Below are positions 52,631 through 64,000 of a stretch of 64,000 bases of DNA, one piece after another. Within the stretch, counting starts at the first letter, position 1; each line of letters opens with the position of its first letter. This DNA is from Mobula hypostoma (Eukaryota), in contig NC_086106.1 of NCBI RefSeq assembly GCF_963921235.1, forward strand, positions 25,234,001 through 25,298,000. Reading direction: 5' to 3'. The notes beneath the pieces were generated by a model that was not told the origin of the DNA, made no database searches, and saw nothing but the letters and a program-made list of their open reading frames with translations. The position numbers were made by a program, and so were the translations under genes.

Positions 52631-53479
52631 GGTCTCTAACATCAAGCTTGATGACACTCATTCAAGCAGAATCCCTTCATTAGGCTATTACACCTTAGCG
52701 GATGTCGGAGGGTATAATCATATCCGTGGTACCGCCCACTCTGTGAAAGACATGGGGGCGTTCCCTGCCTGCACCAATCGTAATCGGAATGGGGGTGTTC
52801 AGTTTCTCTCCATACTTATTTCTCCTTCCTTTTCACATCCTCTCTCTCTCGCTCTCTCTCTCTCTTTCTCTCTATCTGTCTGTCTCTGTCCCCCTCTCTC
52901 TCTCTGTCTCTTCATCCTCCTCTCACTGTTTGAATAAGCCACCTCAATTCAGTCTGTAATTTTTTTCCAAATTATGAATGTAGATCTGAAATAGCCTTGG
53001 GACCATCTTTCATCCAATGACAGTCCACTCGGTATTCATTGTCAATCCGAAAAAGAGCATCCATTTATATACACTTTTCGGAAGCTGCTAACAATAGACT
53101 CCACCTGAATTTTATCTTCATCAGAAACATTTTCGCGTGATGTGGTCTAGTCATATACACCCTCATTATCTCCAGGTTGTACCCATCTTCACTATTCAAC
53201 CCTCAACGTGGTGAAAAATGATGCTCAGCAAAATTTTAACCAGAAAATATTGTTATAAGCAGCAGAGAGAGACACTGATAGGTAGATATAGTGGAAAAGT
53301 TTCGGTAATCAGCTACAATATCAGTAGGGGAAAGCAGAATTCAAGAAGTTTTTCCTAAAGGTTGGGGGCATTTTGCTGCTGAATGCAGAGTTATATGTCG
53401 ACCATGTGATCTCTATTCTTCGTGCGTGCGGCTGTTCAAGTTTCTCAGCAAAGACGACCGCCAGTGATCATGCAAGTCT

Positions 53480-53790
53480 GGATTTTGTCGAAACCGTTCT
53501 CTCTCTGCAAGACAGAGTGGTCCATTGCACGGAGGGTTACGTCAGAGCCGGGGACAAGAACTCTAGATATATTGAGATTAGCTGACTCTGCGTTTCTGCA
53601 TATCAGTTGTAATCGTCGCAGGACATTCTGGTGGACGTTCCAGTTCTCATGGGCCATATACGTTCAGCAGTTGCTTATTTTCGAGACTTTCCGCGATTCT
53701 GTGTGTATCGAAAAGGATTGCATTAATTTATGATATTTGCAGTTCAGTGTTATTGTCTGACTTTCAGACTGGCCAAAACCGTATGAGAAT
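53480..53790 (-). pseudogene. Leaderless V pseudogene abutting the upstream V
   Basis: ESQTITLNCKY, FRYTQNRGKSRK, ANLNISRVLVPGSDVTLRAMD, then CACTCTG-24-ACAAAATCC. Confidence 0.75.
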
Positions 53791-53794
53791 ATTC

Positions 53795-56650
53795 GCACCA
53801 TGGCACATAGAGATACATGGCGGAGTCCGACACAGATACCTCAGGCATACAGAACTAAATCGTACTGCTGACATACGGCAACACAGCGGTAATCCTGACA
53901 GGTTATTCCAGAGGCTGCTCAATCTTTTGTGACTTACATAGAAAACATAGAAAATAGGTGCAGGAGTGGGCCATTCGGCCCTTCGAACCTGCACCGCCAT
54001 TTATTATGATCATGGCTGATCATCCAACTCAGAACCCTGCACCAGCCTTCCTTCCATACCCTCTGATCCCCCTAGCCACAAAGGCCATATCTAACTCCCT
54101 CTTAAATATAGCCAATGAACTGGCCTCAACTGTTTCCTGTGGCAGAGAATTCCACAGATTCACCACTCTCTGTGTGAAGAAGTTTTTCCTAATCTCAGTC
54201 CTAAAAGGCTTAGCCTTTATCCTCAAACCGTGACCCCTCATTCTGGACTTCCCCAACATCGGGAACAATCTTCCTGCATCTAGCCTGTCCAATCCCTTTA
54301 GGATTTTATACGTTTCAATCAGATCCCCCCTCAATCTTCTAAATTCCAATGAGTACAAGTCTAGTTCATCCAGTCTTTCTTCATATGAAACTCCTGCCAT
54401 CCCAGGAATCAATCTGGTGAACCTTCTTTGTACTCCCTCTATGGCAAGGATGTCTTTCCTCAGATTAGGGGACCAAAACTGCACACAATACTCCAGGTGT
54501 GGTCTCACCAAGGCCATGTACATCTGCAGTAGTACCTCCCTGCTCCTGTACTCGAATCCTCTTGCTATAAATGCCGGCATACCATTCACCTTTTTCACTG
54601 CCTGCTGTACCTGCATGCCCACTTTCAATGACTGGTGTATAATGACACCCAGGTCTCGTTCCACCTCCCCATTTCCTAATCGGCCACCATTCAGATAATA
54701 ATCTGTTTTCCTACTTTTGCCACCCAAGTGGATAACTTCACATGTATCCACATTAAATTGCATCTGCCATGAATTTGCCCACTCACCCAACCTATCCAAG
54801 TCACCGTGCATCCGCTTAGCATCCTCCTCACAGCTAACACTGCCGCCCAGCTTCCTGTCATTGGAAAACTTGGAGGTGCTGTATTTAATTCCCTCATCCA
54901 AATCATTAATATATATTGTAAACAACTGGGGTCCCAGTACTGAGCCTTGCAGTACCCCACTAGTCACTGCCTGCCATTCTGAAAAGGTCCCGTTTATTCC
55001 CACTCTTTGCTTCCTGTCTGCTAACCAATTCTCTATCCACATCAATACCTTACCCCCAATACCGTGTGCTTTAAGTTTGCACACTAACCTCCTGTGTGGG
55101 TCCTTGTCAAAAGCCTTTTGAAAATCCAAATATACGACATACACTCGTTCTCCCCTATCCACTCTACTAGTTACATCCTCAAGAAATTCTATGAGATTGT
55201 TCAGACATGATTTTCCTTTCACAAATCCATGCTCCTTTGTCCGATGATTTCACCCCTTCCCAAATGTGCTGTTATCACATCTTTGATAACTGACTCTAGC
55301 AGTTTCCCTACAACCGACATTAGGCTAACCGGTCTATAATTCCCCGGTTTCTCTCTCCCTCCTTTTTTAAAAAGTGGAGTTACATTAGCCACCCTCCAAT
55401 CCTCAGGAACTAGTCCAGAATCTAACGAGTTTTGAAAAATTATCACTAATGCATTCTCTATTTCTTGGGCTACTTCCTTAAGCACTCTGGGATGCAGACC
55501 ACCTGGCCCAGGGGGATTTCTCTGCCTTTAATCCCTTCAATTTACCGAGCACCACTTCCCTACTAACATGTATTCGCTCAGTTCCTCCATCTCACTGGAC
55601 CCTCTGTCCCCTACTATTTCTGGAAGATTATTTATGTCCTCCTTAGTGAAGACAGAACCAAAGTAATTATTCAATTGGTCTGCCATGTCCTTGCTCCCCA
55701 TAATCAATTCACCTGTTTCTGTCTGTAAGGGACCTACATTTGTCTTAACCAATCTTTTCCTTTTTACATATCTATACAAGCTTTTACAGTCATGTTTTTA
55801 TGTTCCCTGCCAGTTTTCTCTCATAATCTTTTTCCCCTTCCTAATTAAGCCCTTTCTCCTCCTCTGCTGAACTCTGAATTTGTCCCAGTCCTCAGGTGAG
55901 CCACTTTTTCTGGCTAATTTGTATGCTTCTTCTTTGGAATTGATACCTTTCCTAATTTCTCTTGTCAGCCACGGGTGCAGTACCTTCCTTGATTTATTCT
56001 TTTGCCAAACTGGGATGAACAATTGTAGTTCATCCATGCAATTTTTAAATGCTTGCCATTGCATATCCAACGTCAATCCTTTAAGTGTCATTTGCCAGTC
56101 TATCTTAGCTAATTCACGTCTCATACCTTCAAAGTTACCCCTCTTTAAGTTCAAAACCTTTGTTTCTGAATTAACCATGTCACTCTCCATCTTAATGAAG
56201 AATTCTACCATATTATGGTCACTCTTACCCAAGGGGCCTCTCACGACAAGATTGCTAATTAAGCCTTCCTCATTGCTCAAAACCCAACCAGAATAGCCTG
56301 CTCTCCAGTTGGTTCCTCGACATGTTGGTTCAAAAAACCATCCGGCATACATTCCAAGAAATCCTCTTCCTCAGCACCTTTACCAATTTGGTTCACCCAA
56401 TCTACATGTAGATTGAAGTCACCCATTATAACGACTTATACAACGTCCGCAGGTATTTTGGGTAATTTCCGCCACAGTGAATGTACCAACCAGTGGTATA
56501 CCGCTGATATAGGTACAGTTTAGTGTTACAGAGTATTGTTGCTCAATCATTAATTCAAGGTCATCCATTGCCATTGAATACTTCCTTGTTGTCCTTCTAA
56601 TCAAAGAAAAAACTGGAGAAAGACGCCTAATATGCCTTACACGGAATACT
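53795..56650 (-). pseudogene. V pseudogene split by a CR1 LINE (5' half 56596-56439; 3' half 53930-53795)
   Basis: VTLNCTY and WYIHCGGNYPKYL on one side of the LINE; VSVSDSAMYL..CAMV on the other; TSD GACTTA. Confidence 0.8.
53937..56432 (-). mobile_element. 5'-truncated CR1/HER1-like LINE with TSD
   Basis: 397-aa RT ORF (YLDFQKAFDK, QGSVLGPQLF, HLEYCVQFW); 5' break at IMGDFN; TSD GACTTA at 53931-53936 and 56433-56438. Confidence 0.95.
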
Positions 56651-57350
56651 CACTGGAAATCTTCACAATTGACAGGACAATATGACTAAAGGTATTAGGA
56701 AAGACAAAGCGAGCCCAGTGATTTGGATTCAGTCTCGATCGAACATTTTAAATGAATGTTTTAAAGTCGTCTGGATTTGTCCTGCTAAAGTATAGGTTCA
56801 TGAAACGGAATCGATACTTATATGCTTTTCTTCTATCCTACCTCTACCCGTTTTGCGGTCAAAATACTCTCTCTATCCCTCTCTCCTTCTAACTTTCCTT
56901 CTCCAATCCTATTCGCTCGAACTCCTTCGGTCTCTCTCACAGCGTTTGTAAATATTAGACTGCACCGTCATTAACATCTGCTCCCTTTAGTATGGCATGA
57001 TACTCATTGACTGTTTCGATTGTACAGACTTTCTATCGCTATGTTACACTGGAACCACACGATGCCAAACGCAGAGAACTCTTTTAAAGTGGTTGAAGAC
57101 GATGTCCAGCAAGTTGTCTACAACTATAACGCTTTGTAGTCAACAGGAAAACAGCAAATTTAGATCTCCCAAATAACCTTTGTAAATTTCATATTTATGA
57201 TTTCAGTATGTTTGATGTAAGCATTACTCAGACATGAGCGTCTCCGAAACTGAGTGTAGATTAAATCTCGTTGATAACCTTCGCTGTTTTTTGTCTGTTC
57301 CAGATTTACTGTTTCTGCGCTAAGAGCACCCTCTAGTGAATGCGGAAGGA

Positions 57351-57690
57351 AGGTTCTGTACAGAAAGGCCATCCCCCTTCAATAGTCTGAGTTCCATAGC
57401 ACAGGAATGAACAGCAAAGTCATAAGTAAAATAACTGGTGATGCTTAAATGAACCATATCCCTGTCTTTACACAAAACAATTAGAAACCGCACTGGGCAT
57501 CGTGCAAACCATTCTATCTATCTTGTGTTAAGTTCCTCAGAAAAATATTTTGGACAGTCCCCCTCTCTCGGAATGTTCCAACAATTATGCGCATTAGCTT
57601 TCGTGCAACTGCAGTTCAGTCTTATTATTTATCGTTCTGAAATCGCTTTTGACCGGGGATCTCTGGAGACGCAGATCTTTAGCTCCTCGC
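57351..57690 (-). pseudogene. Decayed V pseudogene with degenerate RSS
   Basis: LNCSCTKANAHNCWNI..PKYF; TGTGCTATGGAACT then CAGACTA-23-ACAGAACCT; TCACTAGAGGGTGC 11 bp further on. Confidence 0.7.
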
Positions 57691-59599
57691 TGACAGCCAC
57701 CGGACTCGGCCGTGCCAATACCACCTTTCCTAAGCTCCGCACGTCGAGGATAGATACCACTTGGGTCCCGTAAAACCGTGAGATCAGTATTTCTCGCCCA
57801 CTCTAACCCCATTTTGTGTCAATACCTTGTAATTTGCTGACCCGTGCAATTTCCCGTTGGCAAGAAACAACAGATCGTACGCTGTATGCAAACCTGAAGA
57901 AAGTCTATTTATGAATGTTAACTTAAGTTTATTAAAGAAAAGAAATACAAAGGAAAAAAGGGGCCTATTAAAGTAAACCGACAAATATGCATAGATCGGA
58001 GCTCAGATCTTCTCAAGGCCGATGTGTCTGATGTGTACTTGCAGCATTATCTCATATTTACCGATTCACGTTGCAATTTGCCCTCGGGCAGCATCGGATC
58101 ACACATTGCCGCCGTTTCTAATCCTAAGTCTAGTTCCCTTGAGCTTCTTCTCTGTACATCTGCCGCCGAAATAGTGAACGATCCACCCCAGTGCCTGCAA
58201 CAAAACTCTCTCCTCCCCCCGCACCCCAGCGTTCTCAGGAATATTCTGCCTGTTCCACCTTCCTGATCGGATGACACAACATTCCTAAGCAACCCTTTAA
58301 CCGCCAAGCAACACTACCAAGAGAACATACTGCTTCTACAGAAAAAGAAACACTACATAAAATAACCTACAACATTGGCAGTAACATTTTATCAGAGCAT
58401 TACACTCTATCCCCACCAAAAATCGTACGTTCAAAGGTTCAAAAGTTCAATTTAATGTCACAGAAATGTATACAATATACATCCTGAAATGCTTTTTCTT
58501 CATAAACATCTAAAAAAAAATCAGAGAAGTGCCCCGAGGAATGACGACAGTTGAACGTGAGAACACCAAAGTACCGTCCAGCGCCCCACCCCCGCGCGTA
58601 AGCGGCACCGAGCAGCCATTTTCCCATCGTCCATTCCCCCACCAGCAAAAAATGCATATCAGTAGTTACCAAGCCCAAGCGTGTGCTAAGTGATAGCAAA
58701 GACACAGACCAGAGTTACCCCCAAAGGATTGCATTTAATTCCACGTTCCACAAACAATATGTTCTCTCCCGCCCCCGCCCCCCCCCAATAAGGGAGCTTG
58801 AGGTGTCCCCCATTTTCGCAGCGAGCGGGAGACGTAACAACAAACCGCTGGTTTACGATGTTAAAGGTCTGTCCCGTCGCTTTTTCCTAGCTCTCTGTCC
58901 ACAGATCGCAAATACATCGGGTCTTCGACCGAAGGAAAAGATTTTCCGACCGCCCTGACGATGCAGGAGTCTGCTGCGGTGACGCCGACCGACGACCGGC
59001 CCGTCTCCAGACCACTGAGATTTTAGGCTGCCAAACACGAGCGGGACTCTCGGGTCGAGCCCCTGGCATGTCCAATAAGGGCCAGTCGTGAAATCCGAGA
59101 ACGGGCCCAACTCCCGCAAAGAACCGAAGCCTGCTTGTAACTCCAGATCATGGACTTCAAAAGAACCCTGAAAGGGAAAAATAAATAAATTGAAGATGGA
59201 AATAGAGCTGTTTTTTTTTAAGATGCAATCAAATGAGCTGTCATTGAGCTCCACGTCCCTCCTTAGCTCCGCCTCATAATCATGTCCTCATATTTTTAAA
59301 TGTATCAATCCAGTATTGATAACAGTTTCAAAGGAATTTCGTGATATCAGCTACTCCGTTTGTAAAGGTTAGTGACATACGTCAGAGTAGGAATAGACGC
59401 AACACTCTGTTCCCGCGGCACGTCAGAGTTCAGCGTATTGGGTGGCCACCTGACTCTGTTAGACTTCCATATTACATCGACCTATACTTCATGCTTAGAT
59501 ACGTCTTGGATTATTTTCTGCTTACCTGAAGAGGCCGCCTCATTACATTATTAGAGCCTTCCGGCAACTCAGTGCCCCTGTCTCAACTGAGCTCAGCCT

Positions 59600-62500
59600 T
59601 ATCCCCAGATACTGTTGAGCCAGCTTCCACCGATTGTCCTGTCTCAATCTTTCCTGTCCACTGTTAGTCCTCCACACCACCCACACAGTCTATCCCCGGT
59701 CACACCCCCAAGACCGAGGGGGAGGCTCAGGGTCATCTTCGTGAATTATTGCGGAGTTTATCGAAGGTATCATATACTCCATTCTCTCACCCCCTTAGTC
59801 CGCACAACATTCGGTAGTTATATCCCCTTCCGGGATCTTCACCGATTGCACTTCTGTTCTACCACGTACGCGCAGAGTATTCCTGTTAGATGTAGGGTCC
59901 ATGTTACGCACTGCTGCAACATCGGCATAAAAATAAAAGGTGACTCTGATGGAGAATTTCGATAGATCCATTCCTGTCCTCTGTCCTCACCCCCAAGAAC
60001 TGGTACCTTTCGCATCAGGCTCTGTACCAGGTAAGACGTCACCAATCAGCGGTCGCCCAAACTTATCCTTTCCTGGTAGCCACAAATTCCGTATGAGAAC
60101 CTTGTCTCGAGACAACAATTGGAAGAACCTAATCTTTTCATTATATCTCCTGTTACCTTGACTCTGCTTGGTAGCAAATACCTCTACTAGTTCATAAGCG
60201 TTTTGGAATGTCTTTCTTAACTCAGACATCTTCTTACGATCGGTCTTCTGTAGCAAGTATTGCCCATCAGTCCCAAAACAAGTGTTTGCAAGCGACCACG
60301 CTTCGCTCTGATATGTGTATCCAATAGCTTCATTCTGTGTATAGTTGTAGCAGTGGACAAGATACCAAATATTCTAACTCCATTTGTTCTTTTTGTTGAC
60401 ATTCAGGGCAGGTAGAGCACGTCCGGTTGAACATATCAGGCTGTGGATAACCCTGAGATTGAAAAGGAGTAGTCTTAGACTTCTGGACTCCAACCATCTT
60501 CAGCCTACTCTGAAAATACCTTCCGTGAGCGCTGTGCATCCATCTGGAAGGGAATAACTAACGCAATACTTTGGCAACGGTGGACACCCTCTGATCCTTT
60601 TTACGAAAGTGCTGAGCATATTTGGTGTTGTGATACATAATATCCAATACATTCGCCGTGTTGCTGAAATCAGGCTCAATGTAGAGCAAATTCATCCATA
60701 CTAGATTATGTGGTCCCGAACTCCGCAAATTGAATTATCGAGCGGCCCGCGTAGACAGCGTCTTCTTCCGAATACATCGAGGGCACGGCTCAGAGTACTC
60801 TTCAATCGCAGGCTTTATTCGGGGCTACTATAACCTATATAGGACCAACCCATAGATCTTGACAAACCCCAAATGACATCAGTCTTCATGAGGTGACTTC
60901 AACAGAGTCGCCTGCCGCTTCTCTGGCAAAACCAGCTGGGAAAGCTCAGGCCCGTCTAGAAGAGATTGAACTGGTGTAGAAACTGGTTCTCAACGTCAGT
61001 TCATTCCATTCTCTCAGCAGTGAAGGTATGGCAGGCTTTTCGTCTTTTAGTAAGTAACAGCAGACCAAACGGTAATAGGGTCAGATAGGAGTGTAAAAGG
61101 ATCTGTAGAGCAGAGTAACCTAAGAATCTTTGTCAAGTACGGCTACAGGATAAATAACCTCGATCCGTAGGGATACACTGGGGCTTTGAGACTTTCTACC
61201 AGTCGCTGTCTTTCCACATTATCAGAGACTACCACTAATCGGACATCTGAAAGGTCTGCTCCACCCAAGTCTTATGTTTCTCCTCATATTCTCGACATGC
61301 TTCACTCCCTTGAGCGGTTTCAGCCTACAATAACATTGTTCCTCTGCCAGTGTATTTTGCCATTTATGCAGTAGCGATGCAAGTGCTGATACCAAATCAG
61401 AATTTTCCCCATCTGGTGGTCTCATTAGACGTTCACGTTAGATCACTCCTTCTCTTCGCTTCTAAGTCGGCATCCTCACCTACACTCCCCTCTTCACTCT
61501 AGATATGGGCGCTCCACGGCCAAGCGACTATCACAATAGTACTAGGCAGATGAACTGCCGTCACATCATCCCTAGACTGACAGAAACTGCTTGTTCAAAC
61601 TGCCAACGTCACTGAGCGGTGCTCCATCGGTTTTTCAACGAAGGGCATAATCATCCAGCATCCCAAGATGATATTTAAACCAGGAAACTTTCAGGTACTT
61701 TAAGAACTCACGAGACACAATAACTATGAAAGCCAGAAATGCGACCATGATCAGGATCAGCTGGGTTGGTATAAAATAGGGTTTACTACCATTTCTAGCC
61801 CGTCTGTTTGTAAGTCGCTTCGCCGAACTTTTTTTTTCTTACTCGCATCCTTTATTTCTTTTTCGTTCACCGTCCTTTCCTTATCTCATTTGACTTCCTG
61901 TTTCTTCCACACGGTGCTGTCCTTTTCACAACAGCTAACTTCATCTCCATACTTTTCCGTTCTCTTTCTCTCCCTCTCTCCCCCCCCCCCCCCAATCTTA
62001 TGTCCTTCTCAATTTACCTTTGATGATCATTTGTTATCCTATCTATTTATTTTTCTGTGTACATCACTCGGTCCCTCTGCTTCATCAATCCCACTGTTGC
62101 AAAGACGAGGCTGGTGACGAATGCCAGAGCAGGACATAGGCGCAAAGGCAGAATCTTGAGGCCTTAGCACCGCCTCGAACGGTGAACCGGTATCCCGGAG
62201 AGTCTTTACAAGGAGACAAGGTTTATGTATAGTATCCAGGAAATGATGTGGAGCTTAGAACTGACAGTCCCAAGGAATCAGAAAACGAGGTTTACTCACA
62301 CTAGAATAGACCAACGAATTGGCAAAGCATAGCTGTGCCGCTATGTTCGTTAATAGGAACCAGGCGTACTGTAATTAGTGGAACTAGGAATGACTAGAAA
62401 TCAGACAGGGGATTAATGCCCAATGAAAGAGGTAAGTCAGGATGGGGAATTACCAGACGGCACCATTACAGCCACATTCTTAGGAACTAGACGATTGCTC
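59600..62500 (-). mobile_element. Decayed Gypsy pol region
   Basis: Integrase-like HSAHGRYFQS..KSKTTPF..FNRT and DKVLIRNL..GK; boundaries approximate. Confidence 0.7.
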
Positions 62501-62779
62501 AAATGGAAAGGTGATATTCAACAGGAGCGGGGGAGCTACCCTGTATGATTTAGTGAAACTAATATATTTCAATATTTCATTGCATTATGTGTGCCTGACG
62601 TTAGTAGACAAGGGGAGATACTACAGGTCACGATATATGAAATTACGTGTGTCAGTGTGGGGGGGGGGGTTCCTTCCGTATAGCTGACTCTCTGCTAATC
62701 AATTGTGTTCTGCACGAGCGAGTTTGAGTCCCACGCTTCTTGATTGAGGTAATTTCAGAAAAGATTACATGGTACGATG

Positions 62780-64000
62780 TGATTTTATTTAAATTTTCAG
62801 AGTAAGATGCGAGAGAATAGGACCAATCAAATGTGACAGCGGAAAAGTAAGTATGGAACCAGAGGAAATTGCAGGGATACGTAATGAGTATTTTGCTTCA
62901 GTATTCACTACGGAAAAGGATCTTGGCGATTGTAGGGATGACTTGCAGCGGACTCAAAAGCTTTAATATATTGATATTAAGAAAGACGATGTGCTGGAGG
63001 TTTTGGACAGCATCAAGTTGGATAAGTCACCGGGACCGCACGAGATGTACGCCAATCTACTATGGGAGATGAGGGAGGAGATTGCTGAGTAACATTGCGT
63101 CCAGATATAATCGTATGGTCTGACACCAGTAGAGCAGTGGTTATTGGTGAATTCACAGTCCCCTGGGAGGACAACATTGATGAAGCCCCTGAGCGCAAGT
63201 TAACCAAGTATGCAGAATTAAGATCAGAGTGCAGAGACAGAGGGTGGCAGGTCTCATGCTATCCATTCGAAGCAGGCTGCTATGGGTTCACTCTTCAGAA
63301 GCGGCTACATGACCTTGGCTTCACTAGAAGACAGATCAAGTCATCCAGCAGGGCACAAGCTGAGGCAGCAGAGAAAGGATCAGCATGGGTGTGGACCAAG
63401 TATGCCCAGAGGGGCAGATAGTCAGACAGTGTATACATATCTTGCAAACCCTTCAGTAGTTGCATAGACACTTGAAGAGCAGACTATCTGTTAGATGCAA
63501 GTGACTGATAGAGGCAGATACCAAGTTTTTTTAAGCTCACCAGTGGGAGGCGGTGCTTTAGCACTGCTGGCCCACCACCTCAGGGGGGTCTTGATCATAA
63601 GCGGGCCGAAACTCCTGAAGACAGGTGGCAGATCAACTGAGATCCCACTGGTGATAGCACAGGACATCTTAGTCCACGTGTATTTTGTGACTCGGGGATG
63701 AGGGAGGAGATTGCTGAGCCTCTGGCGATTATTTTTGCATCATCAATGGGGACGGGAGAGGTTCCGAAAGTTTTGCGGCGGGGGGGTGGCAGTTGCGAAT
63801 GTTGTTCCATTATTCAAGGAAAGGAGTACAGATAGCCCAGGAAATTATAGACCAGTGAGTCTTACATCAGTGGTTAGTAAGTTGATGGAGAAGATCCTGA
63901 GAGGCAGGATTTATGGACATTTGGATGAGCACAACATGATTAGGAAAGTCAGCATAGCTTTGTAAAAGGCACGTCGTGCCTTACGAGCCTAACTGAATGT
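62780..64000 (+). mobile_element. CR1-type LINE, interrupted at 63090-63696 and running off the window
   Basis: DKSPGP, ANVVPLFK, GNYRPVSLTSVVSKLMEKILR. Confidence 0.88.
63090..63696 (+). mobile_element. 5'-truncated RLE-type (R2-superfamily, HERO-like) non-LTR retrotransposon nested in CR1
   Basis: PDIIVWS..EFTVPWE..KLTKYAEL..GW..PFEAG restriction-like endonuclease; 22-bp TSD. Confidence 0.85.

Noticed and set aside
53480-56650. NAR-TCR-like two-V arrangement (leaderless supporting V)
   Set aside because: No D/J segments or splice sites between the two Vs, both are decayed, and neither resembles an IgNAR V; a deletion explains the adjacency.
59340-59530. Donor CAG|GTAAG followed by a TLTC motif
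   Set aside because: No convincing leader, Trp motif or FR3.
1-64000. CRISPR arrays, rRNA or prokaryotic systems
   Set aside because: No repeat-spacer array or rRNA-like sequence seen; the window is intron-containing vertebrate DNA.

Overview
Vertebrate genomic DNA, very probably from a cartilaginous fish (inferred from HER1-like CR1 LINE tails, Penelope elements and shark-type T-cell receptor V sequences). The window is part of a T-cell receptor alpha/delta-type V-segment array. From 1 to ~27.8 kb, a 7-9 kb unit is tandemly duplicated four times. Each unit carries one plus-strand V (leader exon, intron, V exon, heptamer/22-bp spacer/nonamer RSS). V2 and V4 look functional, V1 has an intact ORF but lost its nonamer, and V3 is a pseudogene. 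From ~28 to 58 kb lie about ten further, mostly minus-strand V pseudogenes; the ORF track misses most of them, and two are split by retroelement insertions. Retroelements are interspersed throughout: Penelope-like elements with minimal hammerhead-ribozyme motifs, CR1-type LINEs, Gypsy remnants, solo LTRs, tRNA-derived SINEs and an RLE-type element. I found no convincing D, J or C segment. The most notable unexplained pattern is a CTCF-like 14-mer exactly 24 bp beyond the RSS nonamer in two divergent, oppositely oriented V families. All alignments were done by eye; repeat boundaries without a TSD are approximate.
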